Of a stretch of 64,000 nt of DNA, positions 1-12,661 are shown piece after piece. Made by a program: the position numbers and the translations under genes. Position 1 is the first letter of the stretch. Each line of letters starts with the position of its first letter. The notes beneath the pieces were generated by a model. That model saw nothing but the letters and a program-made list of their open reading frames with translations, was not told the origin of the DNA and did not search any database. Location: assembly GCA_051294375.1 (NCBI GenBank), contig CM119268.1:8737008-8801007 (forward strand), written 5' to 3'. Origin of the DNA: Paraspadella gotoi (Eukaryota; Animalia; Chaetognatha).

Positions 1-50
1 AATCCTTTAGGTTGGGAGGAGCTCGCGCTACCTCTGGCGCCAAAGGTACT
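1..50 (-). mobile_element. Fragment of a tRNA-headed LTR (family C), cut by the window edge
   Basis: The reverse complement TGGCGCCAGAGGTAGCGCGAGCTCCCTCCCAACCTAAAGGA aligns with 43703-43743 (TGGCGCCGCAGGTAGCACGAGCTCCTCCCAACCCAAAAGGA). Confidence 0.7.
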
Positions 51-1412
51 TTGACTTGGTATTTGGACAAGTAATAAGAAAAAATTTATTCTAGTGCTAT
101 TTTGTTTGTTTTTTGTTTGTTTTTTTTAGTTTCAATACAATGTATTAAATATTTTGGCTTTCTTTGAAATAATAATAAAGTCAAAACGACATTTATTATT
201 ACATTAATTATTTTTTTCCTTCATACATGTGTACGAAAATTAGGAAAAAAATCTAGCATAATTTTTAGCACATTGATTAAAAATTTTAGCCATTTCTGGC
301 ATAATTTCAGACGCCATCTAACATATATTTTTTCAGCCGAGTTTTAACCAGAGACGGTAAAAACCCATCCTCGCTAGATTTTGTTTAGGTTTAGCTTCTT
401 TGTGACCTCGTTGTCGTCGTTGTCATTGGCATCACGCTTTTTTATTATATAAAAACTACTACGGTTTATATAGTTTTGGCTGGGGCTTAGTTTTTTTTTA
501 AATAAAAATTATTATGAATTACGATAAATTTTTATAAAAGCGTGCGATCATAGTAAGTTAAAAATTTAGATATGGTTTCTCATCTTGAAATAGCTTTGAA
601 ATTTTCATATTACATTTGGATTAGTATTTTTTGATTTTGATCATTATGATTTACTACAATATGCAAATTAGATTATAGTACTCATTATAATATCCAAATT
701 AGTATATAGAAATATTTTATTCTAATTTACATATTGCAGTAAATAATAAGATGAAATTCATAAAAAATATTTGAATCAATATAATACACGTGATTTCAAA
801 AAACCTTTTTGATGAGAAGCTATATGTTAATTTTAATACAAATAAAAATAAAAACTTTTACAACTTATGATTGGAAAAATTGTAACAATTTTCAATTGTA
901 AACAATTGTAACATTTTTTGCCTTTCTTTTATTTCTTTAAATTATATATATTTTTTTTCTTTTTTTGTTAGGCGCTGAATTGTTTAAAAACGAGTTCAGG
1001 CTCTGCAACGACTGTACAGCGGCTGTCCAGATTTCTCTCTCTTTCTATTTCTCTCTCTCTCTGTCTTTATCTTTCTGTCTCTCTCTCTTTCTCTCTGTAT
1101 GATCTCTTGCATGATTTTTTGAAAAATTCTGATTATTTTTTTTTTTCTAAACACTTTTATTATCGCCATTTTTCCGTGCTTTTTTTTCAATACAAAATCC
1201 CAAATTTATATCCAAGATTTTTGTAGATTTATTTTACGGCTCTGAGATTTAGTCAGAATACGCTTTATGTTTGGAAACAAAGTTCGTACACCTGTCTTTG
1301 TCTCTCTCCGTCTTTCTCTCTCTCTCTTTCTCACTCATACGCGCGTTTGTTTTATTTACAATAAATGACTCATCGCATCAGTGAATGACTATCATCAAAT
1401 CAGTGAATGACT

Positions 1413-1509
1413 ATCAATAATTGGTTATCATCGCATCAATAATTGGTTATCATCGCATCAATAATTAGTTATCATCGCATCAATAATTTGTTATCATCGC
1501 ATCAATAAT
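1413..1509. repeat. 22-bp minisatellite, about 4.4 copies, within a longer ATCA-rich tract
   Basis: The unit ATCAATAATTGGTTATCATCGC starts at 1413, 1435, 1457 and 1479, with single substitutions. Confidence 0.9.
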
Positions 1510-2368
1510 CAATTCCTATTACATCAATAAATTATTATTACATCAATCAATATATCAATATCAATCAATATATATATAGATTAAATATTAAATCCTTCAT
1601 AAAATATAAAAATAGAAAATAGTGAAACAAGTAATTTGCAAATTTTCATCAATCAATTAATATTACATCAATCAATTACTATTTCATCAATAATTCGTTA
1701 TCACATCATTCATTCGTTTTTTTCCGGATTTTTTCATTAATTTTCTTTGATAGTGGGGTCTGGCTCGATCATGAGTCTTTTAAGATTTTCATATATGATT
1801 TTTAGTGAAATTATTTGGTAAATTAACTAGCTTCGAATCAGTTGGTCACTCCATACCACTTGGGGTTAATAGGTCGGACTAATTTCAAGCGGTTACTGGG
1901 CTTAAAATTTTTATGCCAAAACTTTACATATATTACTAGAAAAATTACTTGTTAAATTTGAATGGAAAATAAATTTTAATCCTAATTCTTTACTTGCTTG
2001 TATCTACGTCAATTATACCAAAATGACATAGGCTCAAAAAATTCCTTAACAAATAAATATAAACATAAATAAATATAGACATGTCTGCATTTAATTCCAT
2101 AAAAACTAAAAAAATTGCTATTGACAAAACCAAACAAACTCTTCTTTATTCTAAGCTCAAACGCAACGAGAAGAAAGAACAATATACTTGGAAAAATATA
2201 TCTTGAAAAAATTAAAAAATTGTACTCATTTATCTATCTCAATAAAAAGGCAAACTACAGGATCTAAATTACCTTTAATTATAAGTTTTCCGTTTTTGCA
2301 AAGCTATTACGGTTTTCTCTTTTTCCCCTGGTCAAAGTGCGTGTAAAGATGTCAATAATTATAACATT

Positions 2369-3964
2369 TTGTATTCAGAAAATGATTATTGTTTAAGAAA
2401 GAACAATTGCCAACAGTGGGATGCCAGGTATTATATGTCAGTGGAAGGACTCAGTACCGAACCTGTTACTTGGGGACTGGCACATCTAAAATATGACAAA
2501 ACCGCAAAGATCATTCACTACAGTCATCTCTGGAATGAAAAGGTGAAAAACAATAATATGGAATGTATAAAACTCGATGGAATCATCATCAACGCATGGA
2601 AAAACTCTTTCAAAAGAGTCAAACAGTTTAAAGGATTTAAGCTTTATGAAGATCCAATTTGCAAGGATCACAGTACTATCGACTTTTTATCTAGCTTGAG
2701 ACAAAAAACGATTATGAAGAAAAAATACCCTGTTCCATATAGTATTGTCAAACTTGGAAACTATTATCATTTGCAGCCAGAGTTCTTCGTAGTTTGTTGT
2801 ATATTAGCTGTTGATGCGTTACTGGCTATTTTGTATTTCTATTCATTAAGGATTTTTGTTTCGAAAAAAAATTTGACTGAACCATTGCCGTTTTTAACAT
2901 TTGTGACTGTTCTGGGCATCATTGTTACAAATGTTTATTTTAATTTTGTACGACAAAATAATTTTAAATTGGCCAGGCCTGTGTATCGACTAAGGGATTT
3001 TATGACACCATATTATAACTTATGGGGATTTGTGATACAACAATTTAAAAAAAAAGTTTATTTGACGTACAGAGCTTTTGAGATGATATTATTTTTGTTT
3101 TTTGCCATTGTTTATCTTTGGATATGTACAAAACTCCTAAAAAATCCCAAAACCATTTCAAGTAGGTTGGCAATGTGTTTTTTTTGCTTGGGTTCTATAT
3201 GTTTGCCCGGGTTGGTGTCCACTTGGTGTCCAGCGAGGTACCTCTTAGAAGACCTCCTCTTTAAGATATTAAATTATTGTGACTTGGACAATTCATACAA
3301 TCGTACGGAAGAATTTTTTAAAATCCAATGGCAGGATATTCATAAAAGTCTCTTCACGTTTGTCTATATGAAAGAATATTTCTATCCTCTGTTAAGCGCA
3401 TCTTTTTTGCCACTGATAATCAACTTTGTGTTTTTCTTAAGATGCATTTTCTACAAAAACGGATTTAGTTTGGTATCGAAAATATCATTGGGAGTTTTTG
3501 TTGCGGTTTTTTATTTGGGATTGCATTTTATAGTCACAAAGACTATTTGGACACAGAATCAAAAAAGTACCCTGAAAATCTCTATCTGGGGGGGCACCTC
3601 GCCACAGGACTTTGCCGAGTCAGTCAAATACACTGAGAGTAGTTTAATATTCTCTTTACCAGCACCGTTTGATTACAATTTTTTTGACAAGGAATTCGCC
3701 TTTTTTTTACACTCGGGTATGGAATCTCAATCTCCGAGTTTTCATGCGTTACTGCCAATTAGCAAAATATTATTTGGTTGCAGATTTTATCAGAGCCATT
3801 TTCGAGTTTATCTCAAAGAAGAAATGAGATACGTGACTCAGAATTTTCCTTTGATTCTGAATAGTTTCGTGAGGCAAATAGAAATCTACAGTAAAATTGA
3901 ATGGAATGTATTGTACTCGCTTTTAATTACCGTGCCCATAATTTTTGTTACTTTGAACTGGTAA
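2369..3964 (+). CDS. Orphan multi-pass membrane protein (about 7 hydrophobic segments); true start uncertain
   Basis: A 1.6-kb uninterrupted frame (open from 2285) in very AT-rich DNA. The N-terminal part is hydrophilic and contains Cys; repeated hydrophobic stretches follow (FFVVCCILAVDALLAILYFY, MILFLFFAIVYLWIC, LGVFVAVFYLGLHFIV). No family recognised. Confidence 0.55.
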   Translation: MYSENDYCLRKNNCQQWDARYYMSVEGLSTEPVTWGLAHLKYDKTAKIIHYSHLWNEKVKNNNMECIKLDGIIINAWKNSFKRVKQFKGFKLYEDPICKDHSTIDFLSSLRQKTIMKKKYPVPYSIVKLGNYYHLQPEFFVVCCILAVDALLAILYFYSLRIFVSKKNLTEPLPFLTFVTVLGIIVTNVYFNFVRQNNFKLARPVYRLRDFMTPYYNLWGFVIQQFKKKVYLTYRAFEMILFLFFAIVYLWICTKLLKNPKTISSRLAMCFFCLGSICLPGLVSTWCPARYLLEDLLFKILNYCDLDNSYNRTEEFFKIQWQDIHKSLFTFVYMKEYFYPLLSASFLPLIINFVFFLRCIFYKNGFSLVSKISLGVFVAVFYLGLHFIVTKTIWTQNQKSTLKISIWGGTSPQDFAESVKYTESSLIFSLPAPFDYNFFDKEFAFFLHSGMESQSPSFHALLPISKILFGCRFYQSHFRVYLKEEMRYVTQNFPLILNSFVRQIEIYSKIEWNVLYSLLITVPIIFVTLNW

Positions 3965-5220
3965 TATTGATTTTAGTTTAAATCTTTTTTCAACATTTGG
4001 AACCAAAATCTATGATTTTATTTCTAATTATTATTATTTTAAAAATTATTGCAGAAAAGGATAAATTTTCTAATCTTTTTCCTCAAGTTACATGTCCGCA
4101 TGTTGTAAAAGTCAGTGTGATGACTTACCGTGAATGATTAATTGTTATAGCAATCTCTAATCATTTCGATCAGTTTTCAATAACTTTTTAAATAGTGAAA
4201 GAAGTATGTAAATTTACTACAACTTTTAACTTTTTAAAAATTAAAATCCCATCAACCAAAGAAAAATTTAATTTTCATTGTGGTGTCTACTGGTTATACA
4301 AGATCTAACCAACAACTACCTTGCACAGACTCATGTAATTTATTACATCTGCATTGCACAATGCACCTGTTTTCCGATTATAATGATCATTTCATTCAGT
4401 GCCTTTTTTATATTAATTATTTAATGATTAACAAAATATCTTTATTTTCGTATTATTGTAAAAATCAAATTTTTTTAAAATTATTTCTTATATGTATATT
4501 GTATTGTAAATTGTAGATTTCTTTTGCAACTTTTCTATTTCTTTTGAAACTTTTCTATTTGAAACTTTTCTATTTGAAACTTTTCTATTTCAAAATTATA
4601 TTGTATTTTATAACGATAATCTTATATATACAGACTACTACGAAAATTAACTACAAAATTAGTTTTATAAATTTATGTTCACTTGTAGAATATTATTCAA
4701 TATTCATGATTTACTTTTTATTTTTTTACTCAAATTATACTTCGCTTTCTCTCTTTAAAATAAAAAGAATCTTTTCAGTGAGCGACTTTTTGTTTACCGA
4801 TCTCGCAGAAGAATTTCAGGAATCTCCTTTCCCATTCGAGAAAATCAGAGAGAGCGGGGCTCCGAAGGGCGGGGCGGAGACTTGGCGGCGGGGCGTTGAA
4901 GCGAGAAGCAGGGATAGAGAGGAGGCGGGGTGACGACTTGAAGGCAGTTTAAATGGCAGGGTTAAGAAAAGAGGCCAAGAGGCGACGAGGCTGAAGGGAA
5001 GCGAGCGTAAAGGCAAACAAAGGGATATGAGACTGGAACACGGAAGGGGGGAGGGGCGAAACGGCTAAAGAGGCAGGGTGAGATAGGAGGCGCCGAGGCA
5101 GTGAGTCGACGCGAGAGAGAGCAGCGGGATGGGTTATTTGGTCAATTTGTCCCTATAACTCATGGGGAAAAATAGGTAATAGTAGAGAATAATAGTAAAG
5201 TAATAGTAGAGAACTTACAA

Positions 5221-5252
<32 letters not shown>

Positions 5253-5818
5253 CGAACTGATATCTGATTGGTATCATTAGTCTATTTAGGAGACAAATGG
5301 TCCTTACTATTTGGAACTACAAGAGTCGCGAGAATTTTTCAGAATTTGTCTTTATTATGTTCAACAATAAAGGATGAAGGCTTTGAAAGCGAAATAGCTG
5401 AAAAAAAAAGTAAAAAATAACTCTAATTTTAATAACGAGAGGAAAGATACGATATGTACAATGTACATCCGCAGCAGAAGAAAAGAAGACTTCGTCCGAG
5501 AACCGCAACTGTGACATTTGTTGTCGGCAACAGCGGCACCACTTACCCAATACGGATATAAACAAAAGGGTGGTCGCTCGAATGGCCATATTATATTTAT
5601 ATTACCGACACTTCACTTAGTCTTACTTTTCTCTTAGTTTTCGAATTCTCGAACTCCGAAAGTTCATTACCGAAATACATTTTTTGAGAGCCTTGTAAGC
5701 TAGTACGTCGATTGCTTTAAAGATTTCAAAAAATAAATATTTCGCTTTTTGTTGTATTTGTAATTCACTGGATATATTTAACTTATGTAGATATATATTT
5801 TGCTTTTAATCTCCGGCG

Positions 5819-8051
5819 ATGGCTCAAGCCTTTCCCGAAATCGAGATGGCTTCGACCCTCAAAGAGGAAAACTTTTGGTACCCGAAGCGCTACGTTGTTG
5901 TGACCAAACGGACCGCCACCGGCTCGTTTCTCTGCGACCAAATGCGATCCATGATGCAGGATCTCGTCAACCTCTACTCCAATTTCGCCGAGGGAGTTGA
6001 AGCTTGGAGCCGCGCCTGGAAAGCAAAGATCGAAAAAAGCGGCGAGTGCGGGACGACGGTGACCAGCGCCATGCTGCGGTTCATCGAGGCCAATCAGTCG
6101 GTGGCGGCGGCTCACTCGGGCGTGGCCACCGATCTCAAGAAAGACGCGGTGACCGCCACTAAAAACTGGCATCGCGCCAATTACCACAAGAATTTCGTTG
6201 GAGTCATTCGCGAGGCGGACGAGATCGACGATGGTTTCGCCGACTCGCAGGCGCCCTGGCGAAAGCTGCTGCGCAAAGTGGACAAGGCCAAGCTGGCTTA
6301 TCACAACGCCAGCAAGCGCGTTATCAACGCCAAACACCAAGAATCTGTGGCTTGCCACGACACCTCCAAAGCCCCCGACGATTTGGAGCAGCTCCGGCAA
6401 AAGATCGTCGAGCTTGAAATGCAGGCCGACGACGCGAAGGACAATTACGGCGCAACGCTCAACTCGCTCGTCGGTTACCGTCAGAAATATCAGGAGAACA
6501 TGGAGTTTCACTATGCCAAGGCCGACGCCATCGAAAGGAAACGACTGGGCTTTTTCGAGGGTGTCCTGAAATCATCCCACGGCGCTTTGATCAAGCTGAT
6601 CTCCGGCGCAAATCTGGAAAGAATTCGCAGCGCGTTCGACTCCTTCGACGGTTCCATTGGCGCCATTGCCATCGAGGCAGATCTCGACCGATATCGCGCC
6701 GACTTCGGTGCGGGAATGCCGCTTCCCCTGCCACTGTTCGAGGAGTATACGGAGATTCTTCACCAACTAAGTCGTGGACAAAAACTCAGCAAGAATCTGC
6801 GCAAGAACTTCGTCGGCGGAAGATCGGTCACCACCTTTGGTCTATTTCAGAAGTCATCCTCGACGCTCCCCTCGCCCAGCGCCTCGCCGGAGGAGAATGG
6901 TCCGAAGCCGGCGTCTTTTTCCGGCGTCACCATGATTCGCTACGTCAATAAAGATCTCGAGGAAGACGAAGGCGACGTCGTAGATCTAAACAGCAACGTG
7001 ATTCCAGGAGAGAAGGACAAGGCTCAAATCGATCGCATCATCGAAGATTTGAAAGGGCACGTAATCTTCAAGGAAGCTCGGGTCAAGAAGGTCGGACCCG
7101 TCTCTCCCAGCGTCCGTCGAGTCGACCGCAGAAATGAAATGGATTCTTCACCCGATATCGACCGTGAATTCTCCGAGTCCAGACCGCCAAAGCCGAAACG
7201 CGATATCGGTGCCGCCTCTGAGACTCCACCACAGCTCGCTCCCTTCGAAGCCCTCATGCCTACTGTGATATTGACGAAGGCTACTCCTCCCGGAGATGGG
7301 GAAGACCAAAGCGAAAAAGATGACACGGCCAGCAAATCGCTCCCGGCTACGCGATCCGCGGATCCCGAGATTCCCGACGATCTTACCGAACCGGCCGTTG
7401 CAAATCTGCGCTTCGACGAAAATGAAACCTGCGATTCGGGACCGCTCGCCAGATCCAGCGCCGCTTCTGAGATCCTAACCGATCCAGTCCCCACCGATCT
7501 AGATAATTCCGTCTTCCCGGCAAAAGTCCTAGCGACGCGGGACGCCGAGCCCTCGTCATTTATCTCGTCGCGGTACTTAAAGGAAGACGGGCTTAGCGAG
7601 ACCGATCCGCGGATGCTGAGCACTTGCTGTGCCGAGCTGACCGAATCAGAACCGGAAATCACTTTGGCCCGCGGAGGATCCATAATGGGCGGCTTCGTGG
7701 ATTCCTTCGACGAGAACCTCACCATGCCCAGCAACGGCTCGCCCATACAGGTTTCCTCCAACGTCAAGACCCATCATCCACAAATTAGGGTTTTAAAAGG
7801 TAGGCATTGATCAATATTCAATTCTATTTTGCTTCTTTTGAGATAATTTATTTCTGTGTGTACATACTTTCAACGAAGGAAGTAGGCGTAAATATAATTT
7901 CTCTCGAATTCCTTCAGAAAAACCTCAAATCTCTCCCCGCGGGGTCAGAGCAGCACCTCTGTTTACTTTTTGCGGGAATGAATCTTCCAACGATCAACAA
8001 GAGAAGGAGACTGCATCATCCGTCGGACCTGTTGAGGCTTTAGCTTCCTAA
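5819..8051 (+). CDS. PACSIN: PACSIN/syndapin-like F-BAR protein with long acidic tail and degenerate SH3 remnant (exons 5819-7799 and probably 7918-8051)
   Basis: ENFWYPKRY...LCDQMRSMMQD, FADSQAPWRKLLRKVDKAKLAYHNA and YQENMEFHY...ERKRLGFF match the PACSIN F-BAR. A GTAGGC donor at 7800 and a TTCAG acceptor at 7917 join in frame; the unspliced frame stops at 7810. Confidence 0.8.
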
Positions 8052-8411
8052 TTCTTATAATTCATTGCTTTTTTGTTTGATTTTTGAATTATTACAAATA
8101 ATCTTTTTTCGCCGTTCTTTATTGGTTAATTTACTTCGTATGCATTTTGAACCCGAGAAATTTGTGATTTTCAATTCGGAATAAACCTTACCCTTTTATT
8201 GTGATGTTACACTTTTCTTTCCATCACTTCGCAGGTAATTTTGTCGTTTTGACGTTTTTAATTAAATAAAAGCAGAACCTTAACATTTTTTTATGTTACA
8301 TTTTGGTCGTTTGAAATTATGAGGGTGAACTTTAAACTTTAAAACAAATAAATTGAATCCCAAGGCTAAGTCGTGGAATAAGCCGCCTCTGTTGGTTTAT
8401 TAAAGTCACAT

Positions 8412-8628
8412 TATGGCACGGGGGAATACTATGATACCGGGGCGCGGAGTATCTCACCAACTGGAGTAGGAGCTGCGGTGCGCGGACCTTGTGACCGCCT
8501 CCTGTCACTGGCATGTTAGTACCGGCTCCGTCACATTTTAGCCAGAACTGGGATAACTCCAGGGATTGAATCCGGGACGCACGTTGAAACGAGATGATTT
8601 AGCCTGCTCAGTGCTCGGCCATTCAGAC
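8412..8628 (-). mobile_element. Degenerate 5'-truncated solo LTR (family D): tRNA-like head plus decayed P5 twister
   Basis: On the minus strand: A-box-like TGGCCGAGC, B-box-like GGATTCAATCCC, then AA-ATGT-GACG...TA-ACAT-GCC-AGTGAC-AGGAGGC-GGTCAC..GGTCCG. It ends GCCATA, like family B LTRs. Confidence 0.6.
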
Positions 8629-11142
8629 TTTTTTATATTTTGAATTTTCACTGACTAACAAGAATGTTTAATATCTAATTAAAAACTAGGGCAGAAAGTA
8701 ACTTTTAACCTTGTGTTGTATAGATCTCTCTCTATTTCCAGAATACAAACCTAACATCCCTCTCCCCATTACATTACTAAAGAACAAATATAAGAAAGAA
8801 TAAAGCATATAAAAGAATTAATAATTAAATCTAATATATAGTAAATTATATTAAATGTTTACATTCATTTAGTACAATTTAGTCTAAATTCTAATATAGT
8901 AAAACAAGTAATCTTGCAATTTTTCATAGTTATGGTGAAATGGTTTTGCCCGTTCTGCACTAAACCGCGGTGACTTATTTGAAATATTATACTTGGGGCA
9001 AAAACGCGAATACGGCCTTTCTTAATTTTCAGTCTGAATAAAAGAAAAAAAATCGACGGATTTTGTTTTCATTCGTCGAATTCTTTCGATCTTCAAATAT
9101 TTTATCTCGCTCGAGTATTTGTTTTATTTTCATAATTCTACTGTTTATATTTTTCTTTGTTGGACCGAAGGTCACGGACTTTTTTTTTCAAAAAATAGGG
9201 GGGGGGAGAAGACGGAAGCGCGATGTTGCCGTTGGATGATGGATGATGTTGATATTTGAAGGCGCATTCCGCGATTCGAGTTGGATGGATTCGATGGGTG
9301 ATCCTTCGCCCCGACTGTTTTTCGCGACAGAAAAATAAGTGAGATAGAGAGAACGAAGCATTTCTCTTCGCATATTTTAAATAATGATCATTGCTTCTTT
9401 TGTTTGGTTCATTTTGAATTAAGAAATTTTCTCGAACGTTTACATTTCTGTCATTCTTTCATTCTCTCTGGAACGCTCTCTCGATCCAACTAACCCGTCT
9501 AGAGGGAGTGCCCGCGTGACTGGTTTTCCGTTTGTGAGCTTCAATGAAAACACATTCGTCTTTACCCCCAAATATCGCGTCTATTCTGTCAATCGTCACA
9601 AAGCTCATATCTTTTCGGGGTGTTGCTTCCGACGATCATGGATGAAAAAAATACAAAAATTAGCAGGCAAGACCCATCAGACTACAAATGAAAGACTATT
9701 AAGTGGCGTAGAAACTAGAAAGTTTCAGTAATATCATCGCCCACCAAGCAAGTCGGATAATCGGATCTAGAAAAAACATTTTCGTAATGAATTGGGGAAA
9801 TTCCGGAACGAAATAAAAACCGTAAAACAACTCGGAAAAAGTCAACCGAAAAAAGGGGGAAAAAGACACGATAAATCAGAGAATTTGGGGATTTTTCCGA
9901 TCTCCCGAAGTGCAAATATTCGAAGCGAAATAACTCGATAGATCCAATCCAAGGACAGTGACGTTCATAATAGCTAGAAATTGGAAACGTTTCGCGACAA
10001 ATTTGTGGGAGTGTTGAAACGTGATATATAACTGACATTCCTTCTTAGTTATTCATGGGCAGTCAAATCGAGCTTAAAAGACAAAGCAATGCTATTTGAT
10101 ATTTGACATTTTGTTGCTCGTTTTTTTTTTCGCAATTTAAACTTTTAAAAAATCAAAGATGGTTTTCTGCATACTATGCAGTATGCATTTCATAGATAAA
10201 ATTAATTAAATACCTTTACCTTTGTAGTTTGTTTCAAGTCATGATTATCGTAATAATTTCTTAACACATTCCTTCATGTTCTGTATAATTTAATTTGCAG
10301 AGACAAGATTTACAAAGACTGAAAGAGTACATCAAATAATAATTCACAAGCACGATTTAAACTCTTAAATATGATTTACTGAGACTGACTCATTTTTTAG
10401 AATTAGCTGGAAACAACATGTCACAAGAAAAAAGTTTGCTAAAATCTATTGGACAAGAAATGGTTACTCTTTATTAAACTCTTCATTTAATTATATCAGG
10501 AAGAATATAATGACATATCACATAGACCTAGCATATGAGACAAAATGACAATTGAGAATAATTAGTGCGATCATACAGGAAACCAAAAATTATTTTCCAT
10601 CGCTTGGGCATTGTCAGTTTGTAACTGTCTTTGGGAAATTGTTACAACCAATATAAAAATCATTCATTCCTTCAATAAACTAACTACCTTGGCAAGATAG
10701 CTTGTTTCTTGCTAGATTCTTGCCCCTGACTTTGGACTGGCTATTTTATTTTTGAAAAGTTTCCAAAAGTGGCGTCTGGCTCGGGATAAACGAAAAAAAC
10801 AAAACAAATGATTCCGCCGACTAAATGTCACACATTTCAAAGAGGCTGTAACTGAAACGGCTGTAAGTGAAACGGCTTTATATTCCTGATGAAATTGAGG
10901 CTTAGCTATTTTTTTATCACGAATTAATTGAACAAGGAAATGTTCATGCAAGCCCCTCCGCCTTTTCTATCCTCTTCCGCGTCGCAATCGTTTCATTCTT
11001 GCACTTTTGTCGGCGTTGAAATCCGGCCCCCATAACTGACCGACTTCTAATGGCGCTGCACATTCTGACAACGGAAATGTTGTTACCTTTATTAATCTAC
11101 TAGACTGACCTTCAAATATTCTACGATATCCGATTTACTCAC

Positions 11143-11725
11143 GTTTTGCAATCTCTGGTTCCCTCTTCTCGAGCGGTATCCATCGGGTCACCGAAAAACC
11201 CCATCTTTTTTCTGTACACTGTTCCCAAAGGAACACCGCCGGAGTAATCCTTAAGAGGAGCTTGTAAAAATACCGTTACTTTTGTTTACATTTTCCAATA
11301 AATAAGCTAAGCCTGCCTCTTCAATAACCCTTACCTCTGGGCTTTTCCTCGCCCTTTTTCACGGCATCCTTGTACTCCTGCCTCCTGTGAGCTTCGGCTG
11401 TGAGCTCCCTGGCCTTCTCCCAAGGATAGCAATAGTTGCTGTAGTAAATGGACATCCAAGGAGAGGACGGAAGATGGGGTCTAGAGTAGTAAAAAAAGAA
11501 GAATAAGTGACACTACTAAGAAGAATCTTTACCAATTGCTATTGTTGTTAATTAAGCAATTTAATGTCATGACAAAGACGGCGACCTCAAATCTTTGAGT
11601 CGATGTCTTCCGCAGCTGTAGACGCAGACGTGCATAGGGTGATCCGCGCTGAGGTCCAACATGTAAGAGTAATCGTGGTGGTGAGGATCTCCATGATCTT
11701 TCTCTTCGTGTTCATCGTGAGTCAT
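11143..11725 (-). CDS. SAXO/FAM154-like microtubule-binding protein (exons 11725-11586, 11480-11335, 11260-11143; possible further exon to about 10967)
   Basis: In-frame GT-AG splicing gives ...HVCVYSCGRHRLKDLRPHLPSSPWMSIYYSNYCYPWE..., which resembles the SAXO N-terminal CxCGRH...PHLP...SxYxxNY pattern. The 3' end is uncertain. Confidence 0.55.
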
Positions 11726-12100
11726 GGCAATGTCGTTGCGAGGTTTGAGGTTCAAAGAAAAACTAAGTTTAAACCAAGATAAGATACAAATCTTTGGCAA
11801 GTTTTTTTTCGTTGACAAACGTTTCAGTTCAGTAAAGATTTTCTCTTTAGGGTTTCTTTTCTAATTTTTTTTTAACAATTAAAAAAATTATTGTTTTAAA
11901 CAGACTCAATAATTAAAGGAACAATGAGAGTGATCGAAAATGAAAGCGCTACATCTAAAGTTCTCAGTGGCTTATTAAAATCATGAAATCATTAAAATCA
12001 TGAATCATAAAAGTTATAGGCCAAATCTTTTATTTATCCTTGTATGGCTTATGCAACAGCGGGTTTGCCTGTGATGCCCATTGGGATGGGGCATCTCACT

Positions 12101-12178
12101 GTTGGCTTTGGGGCTTCCGACCCTCAGTGACGCCTCCAGTCATGGCGCGGTTACCCTAGGACGTCTCGCTTTGCCAAC
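12101..12178 (-). ncRNA. P5-type twister ribozyme, family B 3' LTR copy (predicted cleavage 12153/12152)
   Basis: P5 GTTGGC/GCCAAC, UAA at the cleavage site, P3 TGAC/GTCA, P4 GGG-TCGGAAGC-CCC. There is a one-base deletion in the GACC strand. Confidence 0.65.
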
Positions 12179-12579
12179 GAGAGGAAGTTAGGACTGTGGA
12201 TGGAACACTACGCTGGGATGGTGTGTTCCCCCTCTAGCCATGGATTGGCTGAACGGATGTGGACGTGAGGCGGTGTGAATATACCGCCACAGGATCCCGG
12301 GCCAAGACATCACTCAGGTTCCTCAAGCCTGAGAGGTGTCTGACAAGACTGTTACCATAGTGGGAGAGAGAGAGAGAGCGCGAGTTGTGGGGGCATAGCG
12401 TTTGTCGTAGCGTACTCCCAGGGGCATAGGCGTTTGTCGTAGCGTACGCCGAAGTCGGCAGGCATAGGCGTTTTGTGCGTAGCGTACCCTGAGAAGGGCG
12501 TGGTTCGAATAGTAGGGCCTCACCACTTATGGCAACAGCCGGGTTGCCTGTGATGACCCATTGGGTGGGGCATCTCACT

Positions 12580-12661
12580 GTTGGCTTTGGGGGCTTCGCG
12601 ACCCTCAGGACGCCTCCAGTCTACTGGCGCGGTTACCCTAGGACGGTCTCGCTTTGCCAAC
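12580..12661 (-). ncRNA. P5-type twister ribozyme, family B 5' LTR copy (predicted cleavage 12635/12634)
   Basis: GTTGGC-AAA-GCGA-GACC-G-TCCTAGGG-TAA-CCGC-GCC-P3-GGG-TCG(C)GAAGC-CCC-..-GCCAAC. There is a one-base insertion in L4. Confidence 0.65.

Noticed and set aside
1413-1509. Regular short repeats as a CRISPR-like array
   Set aside because: The units are head-to-tail with no unique spacers, and the context is eukaryotic.
5783-7767. Long antisense ORFs (5783-6511, 7024-7767; likewise 49893-50666 and 62579-63238)
   Set aside because: They are shadows of GC-rich sense exons and have no domain features.
11121-11142. Possible 22-nt GT-AG intron in the SAXO-like gene
   Set aside because: It is implausibly short. 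A 43-nt alternative or a simple stop at this point explains the sequence equally well; transcripts are needed.
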